Of a stretch of DNA of 64,000 bases, positions 30,632-39,781 are shown piece after piece. The position numbers and the translations under genes were made by a program. The notes under the pieces are model-generated. The model was given only the letters and a program-made list of their open reading frames with translations, did no database searches and was not told the DNA's origin. Position 1 is the first letter of the stretch, and each line of letters starts with the position of its first letter. Origin of the DNA: Candidatus Staskawiczbacteria bacterium RIFOXYB1_FULL_37_44 (GTDB lineage Bacteria; Patescibacteriota; Minisyncoccia; Minisyncoccales; Staskawiczbacteraceae). The stretch spans positions 6,870-70,869 of the forward strand of contig MHPJ01000001.1 in the NCBI GenBank assembly GCA_001822065.1. The letters run 5' to 3'.

Positions 30632-31589
30632 ATCTAAAGAAAAAATTCTGGTTACGGGAGGCGCTGGTTTCATAGGGTCTCATTTATGCGAAAGGCTGTT
30701 GAGGGAAGGTTTTTCTGTTATTTGTCTTGATAATTTTAGTGATTTTTATGACCCTAAATTAAAGGAAGACAATGTAAAAGAAATGATTGGCAATAAAAAA
30801 CTCTCATTAGTGAGGGGAGACATTCTAGATAAAAATTTATTAAAAAAAATATTTTCTGCAAACAAAATTTTTAAAATTGTTCATTTGGCCGCCATACCCG
30901 GTGTGCGCCAATCCATAAAAACCCCTTTTGATTATATAGATGTCGATATTAAGGGCACAGTCAATCTTCTTGAAATGGCAAAAGAGTATAAAGTTTTTCA
31001 ATTTATATTTGGATCTTCTTCGACTGTTTACGGACAAGACTCTAAGTCGCCGTTTTCCGAAGACGAAACAAATCTCATTCCGGTTTCGCCATACGGAGTT
31101 AGTAAATTATCAGCAGAAATATTCTGCCGCACCTATAGCAAACTTTATAAAATTCCCACTACTATTCTTAGATTTTTTTGTGTTTTTGGACCAAGGGAAA
31201 GGCCCGAGCTGGTTTTACCAAAATTTGTGGCGCTGGCTGAAGCCGGAAAGGCGATTTCCCAGTATGGATCAGGAGAATCTGCCAGAGATTATACCTACAT
31301 TGACGATATTGTAGAAGGTATAATGAAAGCCGTTAAGAAAGAATTTAGTTTTGAAATATTCAATTTAGGCAATTCAAGTCCTGTAAAGTTAAAAGACTTG
31401 ATAAAAACTATTGGTGAAAAATTAAAAGTTGAATTAAAAATAGAAAATATGCCAGACCAACTTGGAGATGTGCCAATTACTTATGCAAATATTTCAAAAA
31501 GCAAAAAAATACTTGGGTGGCATCCAAAAGTTTCTTTGGGAGCTGGTGTGGATAAATTTTTAATTTGGCATAAAAATAAAAATCGTTAA
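30624..31589 (+). CDS. NAD-dependent nucleotide-sugar epimerase (UDP-glucuronate 4-epimerase-like extended SDR)
   Basis: 'ILVTGGAGFIGSHLCERLL', 'SPYGVSKLSAE'. Confidence 0.7.
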   Translation: MIKSKEKILVTGGAGFIGSHLCERLLREGFSVICLDNFSDFYDPKLKEDNVKEMIGNKKLSLVRGDILDKNLLKKIFSANKIFKIVHLAAIPGVRQSIKTPFDYIDVDIKGTVNLLEMAKEYKVFQFIFGSSSTVYGQDSKSPFSEDETNLIPVSPYGVSKLSAEIFCRTYSKLYKIPTTILRFFCVFGPRERPELVLPKFVALAEAGKAISQYGSGESARDYTYIDDIVEGIMKAVKKEFSFEIFNLGNSSPVKLKDLIKTIGEKLKVELKIENMPDQLGDVPITYANISKSKKILGWHPKVSLGAGVDKFLIWHKNKNR

Positions 31590-31598
31590 AAATAAATT

Positions 31599-32492
31599 AT
31601 GATAATAACATGCCTTATCGGAGATCCCGTCGAGCAAAGCGTGTCTCCGTATATGTACAATTATTTTGGATTTAGAGCGGGCTTGCCCTATTATTCCCAC
31701 ATAAAAATAAGGGTGCATGCGGAAAATGAAGGCAATTTGAAAAAAGCAATCCAAGCAGCTAAGTTTTTGGGTTTCGCGGGCATTAATATAACGATTCCTT
31801 ATAAAACAAAAGTTTTAAAATATTTAGATAAAATTGATAAAAAAGCTGCAGCAGCAGGAATAGTTAACGCTATAGTTAATAGAAATGGAAAGCTTGTCGG
31901 ATACAACACAGACAGCGCCGGCGCTTTGTTGGCCATAGAAAAAAGATTGAGGAAAATTAAAGCGAGCGATAAAATTTTAATTTTTGGCGCGGGGGGCGCC
32001 TCTAGGGCTGTCACGGTTGCAATTTCTACAAGGACTAAAAACATAACCCTAATAAATAGAAAAGAAGATTTTCAGCTTGCTCAGTCTCTAAGAGACGATG
32101 TCAAAAAATTAGGAATTTCAATAAATATATTACCGCTTAATGAAGAAAATATTATTCGGGAATTTGTCAGAGCAGATTTTGTTATAAATGCCACGCGCTT
32201 GGGAATGGTGCCGAATATAAAAGAAAGTATAATATCTAAATCGCAGTTTAGCAAAATCAGCAAATTAACTCCGCTAAAGAAAAAGTTATTTTTTGATGTA
32301 GTTTTTAATCCCTATACAACAGAGTTTTTAAAGATGGCAAAAAAATATAATGCGAAAACTTGCCAAGGTTTATATATGACAATTTATCAAGGGGCGGCTT
32401 CCTTTGAGCTTTGGACCGGTAAAAAGGTAAGCAAAAAAGATGTAGATTTTATTCATAAAGTTATTAAACAAAAAATGGGAATTAAAAGTTAA
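31599..32492 (+). CDS. Shikimate/quinate dehydrogenase (AroE)-family oxidoreductase in a glycan context
   Basis: 'SVSPYMYN', 'INITIPYK', 'VGYNTDSAG', 'FGAGGASRAV', 'IYQGAASFELWTG'. Confidence 0.7.
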   Translation: MIITCLIGDPVEQSVSPYMYNYFGFRAGLPYYSHIKIRVHAENEGNLKKAIQAAKFLGFAGINITIPYKTKVLKYLDKIDKKAAAAGIVNAIVNRNGKLVGYNTDSAGALLAIEKRLRKIKASDKILIFGAGGASRAVTVAISTRTKNITLINRKEDFQLAQSLRDDVKKLGISINILPLNEENIIREFVRADFVINATRLGMVPNIKESIISKSQFSKISKLTPLKKKLFFDVVFNPYTTEFLKMAKKYNAKTCQGLYMTIYQGAASFELWTGKKVSKKDVDFIHKVIKQKMGIKS

Positions 32493-32502
32493 ACTAACAA
32501 GC

Positions 32503-33501
32503 ATGAAAAACAAAAAAATAATTTATGGGATTGTCGGGTGCGGGCGAGTTTTTCCCGTACACGTTGACGCAATTAAAAAAGATAAAAATAGCCGGTTAAA
32601 AGCGGTTTTTGATATTGACAGAAGGGCGGCCGAAAAAGCCGCAAAAAAATATAGTTGTCAGGCAAAAGGAAGTCTGGCAGAGTTGTTGTCGGATCCTGAA
32701 ATAGACGTAATTAATATTTGCACGCCCCATCATACTCATAAAAATATTATCTTAGAGGTGATTAAAGCTGGTAAATATTGCATTTGCGAAAAGCCCTTGT
32801 GCTTGAACAAAAAGGAGGGAGAAGAAATTATTAAAAGCAAGTATTATAAAAACAATGTTTTTGTAATGTTTCAGAACAGATTTAACCCAGCGATGCAATT
32901 TTTGTCTAAAGCTATAAAAGAGGACGCCTTGGGTAAAATAATACTTTGCTCGGTATCTCTCCGCTGGTGGAGAGACGATAGTTATTTTATGGATGAATGG
33001 CACGGGAGCAAGAAGAAGGTGGGAGGAATGCTATATAACCAGGCATCTCACGTGCTTGATATTATGAGAAAGATTTGCGGAGAGCCAAAAAGCGTAAAAA
33101 AAGTGGAGGCTTCTTTGCGAAAAAATATAAATATTGACGATATTTATGAGGGCAATATTGTTTTTAATAACGGTACTATTGGAAACGTTGAAGTGACCAC
33201 TTACGCAGGGTATAAGGATTGGGAAGTGTCTATGTTTGTCATTGGAGAAAAGGGTACCATAAAGATAGGCGGACTTTCAATAAATAATGTAGAATATGTA
33301 GATGTTAAAAACAAAAACTTTGCGAAAATGGCGCCTAAATATTGTGAGAAAATAAAAACAGGTTATGGCAATAGCCACCCGAGAGTTATATCCGCTTTCA
33401 GCGAATGGTTGTTAGGGGGAAAAAGACATCCTGATTTGGTTTCAGCAAAAGAAGGAGTGTTGTCAACAATGTTTTTTGAAAAATTATATAACGGCAAATA
33501 A
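32503..33501 (+). CDS. Gfo/Idh/MocA-family NAD(P) oxidoreductase
   Basis: 'YGIVGCGRVFPVHVDAI', 'CEKPLCLN'. Confidence 0.75.
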   Translation: MKNKKIIYGIVGCGRVFPVHVDAIKKDKNSRLKAVFDIDRRAAEKAAKKYSCQAKGSLAELLSDPEIDVINICTPHHTHKNIILEVIKAGKYCICEKPLCLNKKEGEEIIKSKYYKNNVFVMFQNRFNPAMQFLSKAIKEDALGKIILCSVSLRWWRDDSYFMDEWHGSKKKVGGMLYNQASHVLDIMRKICGEPKSVKKVEASLRKNINIDDIYEGNIVFNNGTIGNVEVTTYAGYKDWEVSMFVIGEKGTIKIGGLSINNVEYVDVKNKNFAKMAPKYCEKIKTGYGNSHPRVISAFSEWLLGGKRHPDLVSAKEGVLSTMFFEKLYNGK

Positions 33502-33519
33502 GTAAAAAATTTAAAAACT

Positions 33520-34443
33520 ATGAAAGATATTTCTCAAAATGATATTCAAAATAATGTTCCTCTCGTAACAAGGAAAGATTTCCAGAGGGAAATTTTAGTT
33601 GGCAATAGCCAGATAGGCGGAGGAATAATTACTATTATAGCTGGCCCTTGCACAGTAGAAAGCAAAACTCAAATTTTTAAAATTGCAAAAGCTGTAAAAG
33701 AGGCCGGAGCTACAATGTTAAGAGGAGGGGTTTTCAAGCCTTTAACTTTTCCTTACGGAGATCCTTTGGGAAGGGCTGATGCCGACTCAAACGGTCCAAG
33801 CAGAGATAGAAAGGAAATTTTAAGTAAAAAAGAACTTTTTGAAAATGCAGAAAAAAGGCTATCTTATTTAAAGGAAGCGGGCGAAAAATACGGATTGCCT
33901 GTGATTTCGGAAATTCTTTATGCTGATTCTGTGAAAATGATGGAAAAATATGTTGATATGTTTCAGGTTGGATATCGCCACATGTTTAACATGGATTTAA
34001 TAGAGGCGCTTTCCAAAACAGAAAAACCAATACTATTAAAAAGACATTATGGCGAAAGTTTAAGATCGCTTTTGGGAGTTGCAGAACATTACGAAGCCCG
34101 TGGAAAACATAATTTTGTTTTTTGCGAAAGAGGCGTTTCGGTACCCCATACCCATAATGTTGAATCTAGAGCGATAATTGATATACAAGCAATCATTGCT
34201 TTAAAGGAATATGCCCCAAGCGTGCCGGTAATAGTTGATCCTAGCCATGCTACTTTTAAAAGAAGTTATGTTGCTGGAGTTTCGAGGGCGGCAATTGCCG
34301 CTGGAGCCGACGGGCTTTTGATTGAGGTTCATCCAGATCCAGAAAATGCATGGGTTGACCCTTTGATGTCATTGGATTTTAATTCTTTTGCAAAACTTGT
34401 TAAAGAAATTGAAGAAATCGCGAAGATTTTAGAAAAAAAATAA
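33520..34443 (+). CDS. Divergent DAHP synthase (type I-beta)/KDO8P-synthase-family PEP aldolase
   Basis: '[10 protein letters not shown]', '[13 protein letters not shown]', 'LLKRH', '[10 protein letters not shown]', '[16 protein letters not shown]'. Canonical KPRT and GIRTFE are replaced, and there is an insertion of about 25 aa. Confidence 0.7.
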   Translation: MKDISQNDIQNNVPLVTRKDFQREILVGNSQIGGGIITIIAGPCTVESKTQIFKIAKAVKEAGATMLRGGVFKPLTFPYGDPLGRADADSNGPSRDRKEILSKKELFENAEKRLSYLKEAGEKYGLPVISEILYADSVKMMEKYVDMFQVGYRHMFNMDLIEALSKTEKPILLKRHYGESLRSLLGVAEHYEARGKHNFVFCERGVSVPHTHNVESRAIIDIQAIIALKEYAPSVPVIVDPSHATFKRSYVAGVSRAAIAAGADGLLIEVHPDPENAWVDPLMSLDFNSFAKLVKEIEEIAKILEKK

Positions 34444-34459
34444 ACCTGACGACCAACAC

Positions 34460-35824
34460 ATGAAAACAGTTTCTATCATTATTAGGACAAAGAACGAAGA
34501 AAGATGGATAAACCATTGCTTGAGTTCTATTTTTAGTCAGAATTTTAAAGATTTTGAAGTAATTATTGTTGACAACGGAAGCCAAGACAGAACTATTGAA
34601 AAGGCAAGGCAATACCCAGTTAAGATTGTTAATTATAGCGAAAAAGAATTTAAGCCCGGAAAGGCGATAAACGAAGGCATTAGAGCTTCAAACAGCAAAT
34701 ATATAGTTGTTCTTTCCGGCCATTGCATACCCACTAATGATATGTGGCTGGAAAATTTTATCAAGGAAATTGAATCTCGGCCAGATGTAGCTGGGGTTTA
34801 CGGGAGACAAGAACCCCTTCCTTTCAGTAGCGACATAGATAAAAGAGATTTGCTTTTTACTTTTGGTTTAGAAAAAAAAGTGCAGGCTAAAGACACTTTT
34901 TTTGATAATGCAAACAGCATTGTCAAAAGAGAAATTTGGGAAAAGTTTCCTTTCGACGAACAAGTACTGCATATCGAAAACCTTATTTGGGGTAAAGAAG
35001 TTATAAAAAACGGATACAAGATAATTTATTCTCCCGATGCTAGTGTTTATCACCACCATGGCATTCATCATGGAGGAGATTTAAAGAGGGCAAGAGAAGT
35101 GGTAGAAATATTAGAAGGAATAGATTTATCAAAAGAAAAAAGAGCAGTAGATATTACCGAATTAAAAGTTGCCGGAATAATTCCTGCCAAGGGTAAAGTA
35201 GAATTTTTGGGAGGAAGACCTTTGATTGAATACACAATTTTACGCGCCAAAGAATCTAAATACTTAAATTTGATAGTCGTTACAACAGATAACCCGGAAA
35301 TTGCCGATATTGCTAGAAATCTAGGAGTGCATTTTATATTTATTTATCCGAAAGAATTGGCCGAGGAACACGTAGAAATAAAAGAAGTATTAGGTTATGC
35401 TGTTTCTGAATTTGAGAAAATGAAAATTATCCCTGACGTTGTGGCCTATCTTAGCCCAACATATCCCTTTAGGCCCAAAGGGTTAATTGATGAAATAATT
35501 AAAGATTTAATTAATGGCGGATACGATAGCGTGCTGCCCGTGCTGCCCGAATACAGATCTTGCTTTATTAAAGAAGATGAAAAAGTTAAGAGATTGGATA
35601 GGGGTTTTATGCCTATGCAATTTAAAGAGCCGCTTTATACAGGCCTTTCGGGATTGGTTACTGTTTCTTATGTTGATGTTATTAAAAAAGAGCAAAATAG
35701 GCTTGGAGAGAGATTGGGAATGGTAGAAGTTGATAATATTCTTTACTATATTGATATTGGAAAATCTAAAGCAAAGGAGATGGCCGAGATTTTAATTAAA
35801 GATTGGTGGCCAAAAAATCAATAA
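34460..35824 (+). CDS. Fusion protein: N-terminal GT2 glycosyltransferase plus C-terminal cytidylyltransferase-like (CTP_transf_3) domain
   Basis: 'VSIIIRTKNEERWI', 'IIVDNGSQDRT' at the N-terminus. 'VAGIIPAKGKVEFLGGRPLIEYTI...VVTTDNPEIADIA' at the C-terminus. Confidence 0.65.
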   Translation: MKTVSIIIRTKNEERWINHCLSSIFSQNFKDFEVIIVDNGSQDRTIEKARQYPVKIVNYSEKEFKPGKAINEGIRASNSKYIVVLSGHCIPTNDMWLENFIKEIESRPDVAGVYGRQEPLPFSSDIDKRDLLFTFGLEKKVQAKDTFFDNANSIVKREIWEKFPFDEQVLHIENLIWGKEVIKNGYKIIYSPDASVYHHHGIHHGGDLKRAREVVEILEGIDLSKEKRAVDITELKVAGIIPAKGKVEFLGGRPLIEYTILRAKESKYLNLIVVTTDNPEIADIARNLGVHFIFIYPKELAEEHVEIKEVLGYAVSEFEKMKIIPDVVAYLSPTYPFRPKGLIDEIIKDLINGGYDSVLPVLPEYRSCFIKEDEKVKRLDRGFMPMQFKEPLYTGLSGLVTVSYVDVIKKEQNRLGERLGMVEVDNILYYIDIGKSKAKEMAEILIKDWWPKNQ

Positions 35825-35846
35825 TTTTTAATTCAAAGTAATAGAC

Positions 35847-36566
35847 ATGCCAGAAAAAAAACAAAATGTAGTTGCTGTGATTCCTGCGAGAGGTGGGTCA
35901 AAGGGCGTTCCGGGAAAAAATATTAAATTATTAGGAGGAAAACCCTTAATTTCTTATGTTCTTGAGGCTGCAAAAAAATGCCAGCTTATAGACCGTATAA
36001 TTGTTTCCACTGATGACGAACAAATAGCTGAAGTTGCTAAAAAATACGGAGCAGAAGTCCCCTTTATGAGGCCAGCAGAATTAGCAGAGGATGCAACGCC
36101 CACTGAACTCGTTTTAAAACACGCGGTAGAATGGCTTGAGCAAAATGAAAAATACAAAACAGACATTGTTGTTTTTTTTCAATTAACTGATCTTCCAAGA
36201 ACAAAAGGGCTCATCGAAAAGGTTGTTAGTAGAATTTTAGAAGACGATTCATTGGATTCTGTTTTTGTAGCTACTTGCACTCGAAAAAATTATTGGCGAA
36301 AAAAAGATGGCAAATGGCAGAGATTAGCCCAAGATATTATGCCATATGGACCAAGACAGAAAAAGGAACCGCTTTATAGGGAAGACACCGGATTGGCCTG
36401 CGCGACAAGGGCAAGATTTATAAAAGAAGGCAGAAGAGTAGGAGATAATGTTGATATTATTATTAATGACGCTGATTTTTCTATTGATATAAACGATCCA
36501 ATAGATTATTGGTTGGCCGAAAGATACTGGGAAAGAGGAATTGATCTCTCAAAATATGAACCATAA
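35847..36566 (+). CDS. Acylneuraminate/ulosonate cytidylyltransferase (NeuA/KdsB-like)
   Basis: 'VAVIPARGGSKGVPGKNIKLLGGKPLISY', 'IIVSTDDEQIAEVA'. Confidence 0.8.
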   Translation: MPEKKQNVVAVIPARGGSKGVPGKNIKLLGGKPLISYVLEAAKKCQLIDRIIVSTDDEQIAEVAKKYGAEVPFMRPAELAEDATPTELVLKHAVEWLEQNEKYKTDIVVFFQLTDLPRTKGLIEKVVSRILEDDSLDSVFVATCTRKNYWRKKDGKWQRLAQDIMPYGPRQKKEPLYREDTGLACATRARFIKEGRRVGDNVDIIINDADFSIDINDPIDYWLAERYWERGIDLSKYEP

Positions 36567-37002
36567 ATATATAAAAAATAATTGTGAGTCTTGCCAAAGA
36601 ATATTAAGTGGCGCAGGAAAAATTAAAGAATACAAATGTTGGTTTTTGGAGCACGTGGGCGAGCCTATTCCTGTAAATGGGTGGCTGGTTTTGCGCCTAA
36701 AAAGACACGGCGAAGGATTAGTAAGCATGAATAAAGAAGAATCCGAGGAGTTAGGCCAAATTTTGAACAGCCTGCCAAAAGCGCTTAAAGAAGTTACCAA
36801 CGCAACGCAAATATATTTGTGCTCTTTTAACGAATCAGTTCCTCATTTGCATTTTCATTTTATCCCGCGTAGAGCGGAAGAAAAAAGAAGAACCATAGAT
36901 TTTTTCATTCTTCAAAATGAAGTAAAATCCGGTAAAGTGTCTGCGATAGCGGCAAGCGAAACAGCTTCTTTAATCAGAAATATTAAAATAAGATTAAATT
37001 AA
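36556..37002 (+). CDS. HIT-family (histidine triad) nucleotide hydrolase/transferase
   Basis: 'VPHLHFHFIPR' triad. N-terminal 'CESC'. ATG at 36556 preferred over the TTG at 36541. Confidence 0.65.
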   Translation: MNHKYIKNNCESCQRILSGAGKIKEYKCWFLEHVGEPIPVNGWLVLRLKRHGEGLVSMNKEESEELGQILNSLPKALKEVTNATQIYLCSFNESVPHLHFHFIPRRAEEKRRTIDFFILQNEVKSGKVSAIAASETASLIRNIKIRLN

Positions 37003-37011
37003 TAAAACAAT

Positions 37012-37947
37012 ATGTTTGAACAAGAAACCATTGACCTGTACAAAAAATTAGTGAAAGAGGCAGCAGAAACAGACATAGGTTGGAGACACTCGCCTGTTGA
37101 AGATTGGAAAATAGACTATTTCGCAAAAAATTTTAATGAAAATAATCTTATTAATTTCAGAAGAACGCCATTAGTTGAAGGCGTGATAAGTTTCCCTGAC
37201 AGGCCGCTAAGAAAAGGCGTAAGGCTAACTCAACCATGGTTGTCTGGCCTACCCCTTTGGCAAAAAATAAGGGGAATAAGAGATATTTTGGTTGAACTAT
37301 ATCCTTTAAATTCTTATTTTAAAATTAATTTATCGGAAGTTGGTGATAGCCCAGTCGGGAATCCTTGTTATTATAGTTTTGGCAATATAAAAATTACAGA
37401 CCTTGCAATTAGAATGTGTTTTTATCGCAAGTATATTGAGAAAGAATTTAAGCATGCGAGTAATATACTTGAAATTGGCGGGGGTTTTGGTGGATTATGT
37501 CTAAAGCTTATGCAGTCTAAAATTTTAAATCCTCAAAAATATTTTTTTACGGATTTGCCGGAAAATCTCGCCCTGGCTTTTTATTATCTAAAAAATAATA
37601 ATTTTAATGTGAAGGTTTTTGAAAGGGGACAAGACATAGAAAGGGATTCAGGAAAAGTTGTCTACATTGTAGCGCCATGGAAACTCAAGGATTTAAATGT
37701 GCGGATGGATCTTTTTATCAATACAATGAGTTTTCAACATATGACCAGAGAGAATATTGTTTATTATTTGTCAGAAATTAATAGGTTGAATACTAAAAAT
37801 TTATTTTTAGTGAACAGGGACGGCAAAAGAGATGCGACGGATTTAAAAATCAGCGAATATCCTATTCCTGAAAAATATATTTTGTCCAAAGAAGAAAAAT
37901 ATCTGTTTTCAAACCACCTTATGAGGAAGTATAGTCTAATCAATTAA
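37012..37947 (+). CDS. Class I SAM-dependent methyltransferase (putative sugar O-methyltransferase)
   Basis: 'ILEIGGGFGGLCLKL' motif I. Confidence 0.55.
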   Translation: MFEQETIDLYKKLVKEAAETDIGWRHSPVEDWKIDYFAKNFNENNLINFRRTPLVEGVISFPDRPLRKGVRLTQPWLSGLPLWQKIRGIRDILVELYPLNSYFKINLSEVGDSPVGNPCYYSFGNIKITDLAIRMCFYRKYIEKEFKHASNILEIGGGFGGLCLKLMQSKILNPQKYFFTDLPENLALAFYYLKNNNFNVKVFERGQDIERDSGKVVYIVAPWKLKDLNVRMDLFINTMSFQHMTRENIVYYLSEINRLNTKNLFLVNRDGKRDATDLKISEYPIPEKYILSKEEKYLFSNHLMRKYSLIN

Positions 37948-37957
37948 ATTTTAAAAT

Positions 37958-38713
37958 ATGTTTGCAAAATCACCATCGTTTAGCGTAAGCGGAAAAAAAT
38001 TCAACGTTATAATTTTAGCATCTGGATTAGGAGCAAGACTAAAACCGGAAACTGATAATATTCCAAAGCCGTTGGTTGAGTTAGATGCGCAAGGAACAAA
38101 GGCTATTGATTATTTGATACAAAAATTCCAATATGTGGCGGGCAGATTAATTATAACAACTGCATATTGCGCCGACTTGCTTGAAGCTTATGTGAAAGGA
38201 AAATACTCTACTATGGATCCTCTTTTTGCCAGAGTCCCCGAGCTTATAAGCCCTGGCGCTTCTTTGATTGCCGGCTTAGATCAGGCGGCATCTGATTTGC
38301 CTACTATAATATTGTTTTGTGATTATATTGTTGAAGATTATATACCTGTTGATAATGATGCTTTGTGCGTGAGTAAAAAACCCGAAGGAGATTATGTTGT
38401 AGACTCTCATCCAAAAGGCATACCCACAATAGAAGAAGAAGTAATTACTGACTTGGCGCCCAACCAAGATCTTTTGAAAGATCGTTACGGCGGTTTTACC
38501 GGCATAGGAATATTCCACGACACATTGTTTTTAAAGTCGATTGCTTACACAAAAGCTTATGAGAAAAAAATGGATGTTGCTTATGACTTTGATATAATTA
38601 AAGAATACATAAAAAAAGTTAAAACAATGCCAATATACGTTTCAAAACTTTACGAATTTGGTACAATGGACGCCTTAAAGAAAATACGAGAAATTCACAA
38701 TTACTCTAGATAA
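37958..38713 (+). CDS. Sugar-phosphate nucleotidyltransferase-like protein
   Basis: 'VIILASGLGARLKPETDNIPKPLVEL'. Confidence 0.6.
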   Translation: MFAKSPSFSVSGKKFNVIILASGLGARLKPETDNIPKPLVELDAQGTKAIDYLIQKFQYVAGRLIITTAYCADLLEAYVKGKYSTMDPLFARVPELISPGASLIAGLDQAASDLPTIILFCDYIVEDYIPVDNDALCVSKKPEGDYVVDSHPKGIPTIEEEVITDLAPNQDLLKDRYGGFTGIGIFHDTLFLKSIAYTKAYEKKMDVAYDFDIIKEYIKKVKTMPIYVSKLYEFGTMDALKKIREIHNYSR

Positions 38714-38715
38714 AT

Positions 38716-39780
38716 ATGCAAATTACAGAAAGCATAATAAATAGAATGTCAGGAATTAAAGGAAGGCCGGTTTTGGTTGGAGTTTGTGGACGGGCTGGAA
38801 GCGGGAAATCTACACTTGCTAAAAAAATAAAAGAAGAATTGGAGGGCCAGGGAATAAAATCTGTTTCATATTCTGGCGATTGGAGATTTAAACTCGACTC
38901 GCAGGGCAGAAAAATGTTTCTTGATGAAAAATGGCTTTCGGGACTGGATGAATATTTACGAGCGGTAAACCAATTTAATTGGTGGGATTTTGAAAAAATA
39001 TACGCCGATTTAAATCTGTTAAAAGCCGGCCAGTCTGTTTTTTTAACAAATGCTTATAGCCGCGAGACTGGACGCAAGGATTTAAATAAAGAAATCAAGG
39101 GAACGGAAAACGGGGTTATATTTTATGAGAGTTGTATCTTGGGGGGGATTGATATTTTAGACAATCTAGACATTATTATTTTGCTTAATACGCCAGACAA
39201 TGTTTGCTTTTCTAGGCTGGCAGAGAAAGATTCAAAGAGGAGGACCTTTCCCGACCTCCTTGCCAGGCAATTGGTTACGCTTTACAGCGAAAATATTTTT
39301 TTAGAGTCGATTTTAGATAAATTCTCTAAAAAGTTATTAACTTGTAGTTCCGACGGATGGATCGGCGAATTTCCAATAATTTTTAAGGTCAGCCAAATTC
39401 CAGTGCCGATTAGCTATCAAAAAAACACCAATGGCACAAAGGGGACAATTTTTTGCGACCTAGACGGAACTTTGATAAAACACGTGCCCGTTCCTCCTGA
39501 AGTGGGAGAGGATATAGAAATAATCGACGGTTCTGTTGAAAAAGTAAAAGAATTTAAGGAAAAGGGGTATTATTTGGTTTTGACGACGTCGAGGCCATAC
39601 CATAAAATTTTTGGAATTTTAGGCAAGCTCAAATTTTTGGGAATAGAGTTTGACCAGGTAATTTGTGATTTGCCATTAGGCGCAAGATATTTAATAAATG
39701 ACAGCAAGAACGAAGAAATTAGAGCCATTTCGCATCCCTTAAAAAGAAACGAAGGGTTAAAAGGTGTAAAAATTGATTAA
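38716..39780 (+). CDS. Fusion: P-loop kinase (uridine kinase/PRK-like) plus HAD-superfamily phosphatase
   Basis: 'GVCGRAGSGKSTLAKK' Walker A. C-terminal 'IFCDLDGTLIKH' (HAD motif I) and 'VLTTSRP' (motif II). Confidence 0.65.
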   Translation: MQITESIINRMSGIKGRPVLVGVCGRAGSGKSTLAKKIKEELEGQGIKSVSYSGDWRFKLDSQGRKMFLDEKWLSGLDEYLRAVNQFNWWDFEKIYADLNLLKAGQSVFLTNAYSRETGRKDLNKEIKGTENGVIFYESCILGGIDILDNLDIIILLNTPDNVCFSRLAEKDSKRRTFPDLLARQLVTLYSENIFLESILDKFSKKLLTCSSDGWIGEFPIIFKVSQIPVPISYQKNTNGTKGTIFCDLDGTLIKHVPVPPEVGEDIEIIDGSVEKVKEFKEKGYYLVLTTSRPYHKIFGILGKLKFLGIEFDQVICDLPLGARYLINDSKNEEIRAISHPLKRNEGLKGVKID

Positions 39781-39781
39781 A

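Noticed and set aside
31599-34443. Reading the AroE-like and DAHP-synthase-like genes as an aromatic amino-acid (shikimate) pathway.
   Set aside because: No DHQ synthase, DHQ dehydratase, shikimate kinase, EPSP synthase or chorismate synthase is nearby. The genes are embedded between nucleotide-sugar enzymes and cytidylyltransferases, and the synthase has altered substrate-binding motifs.
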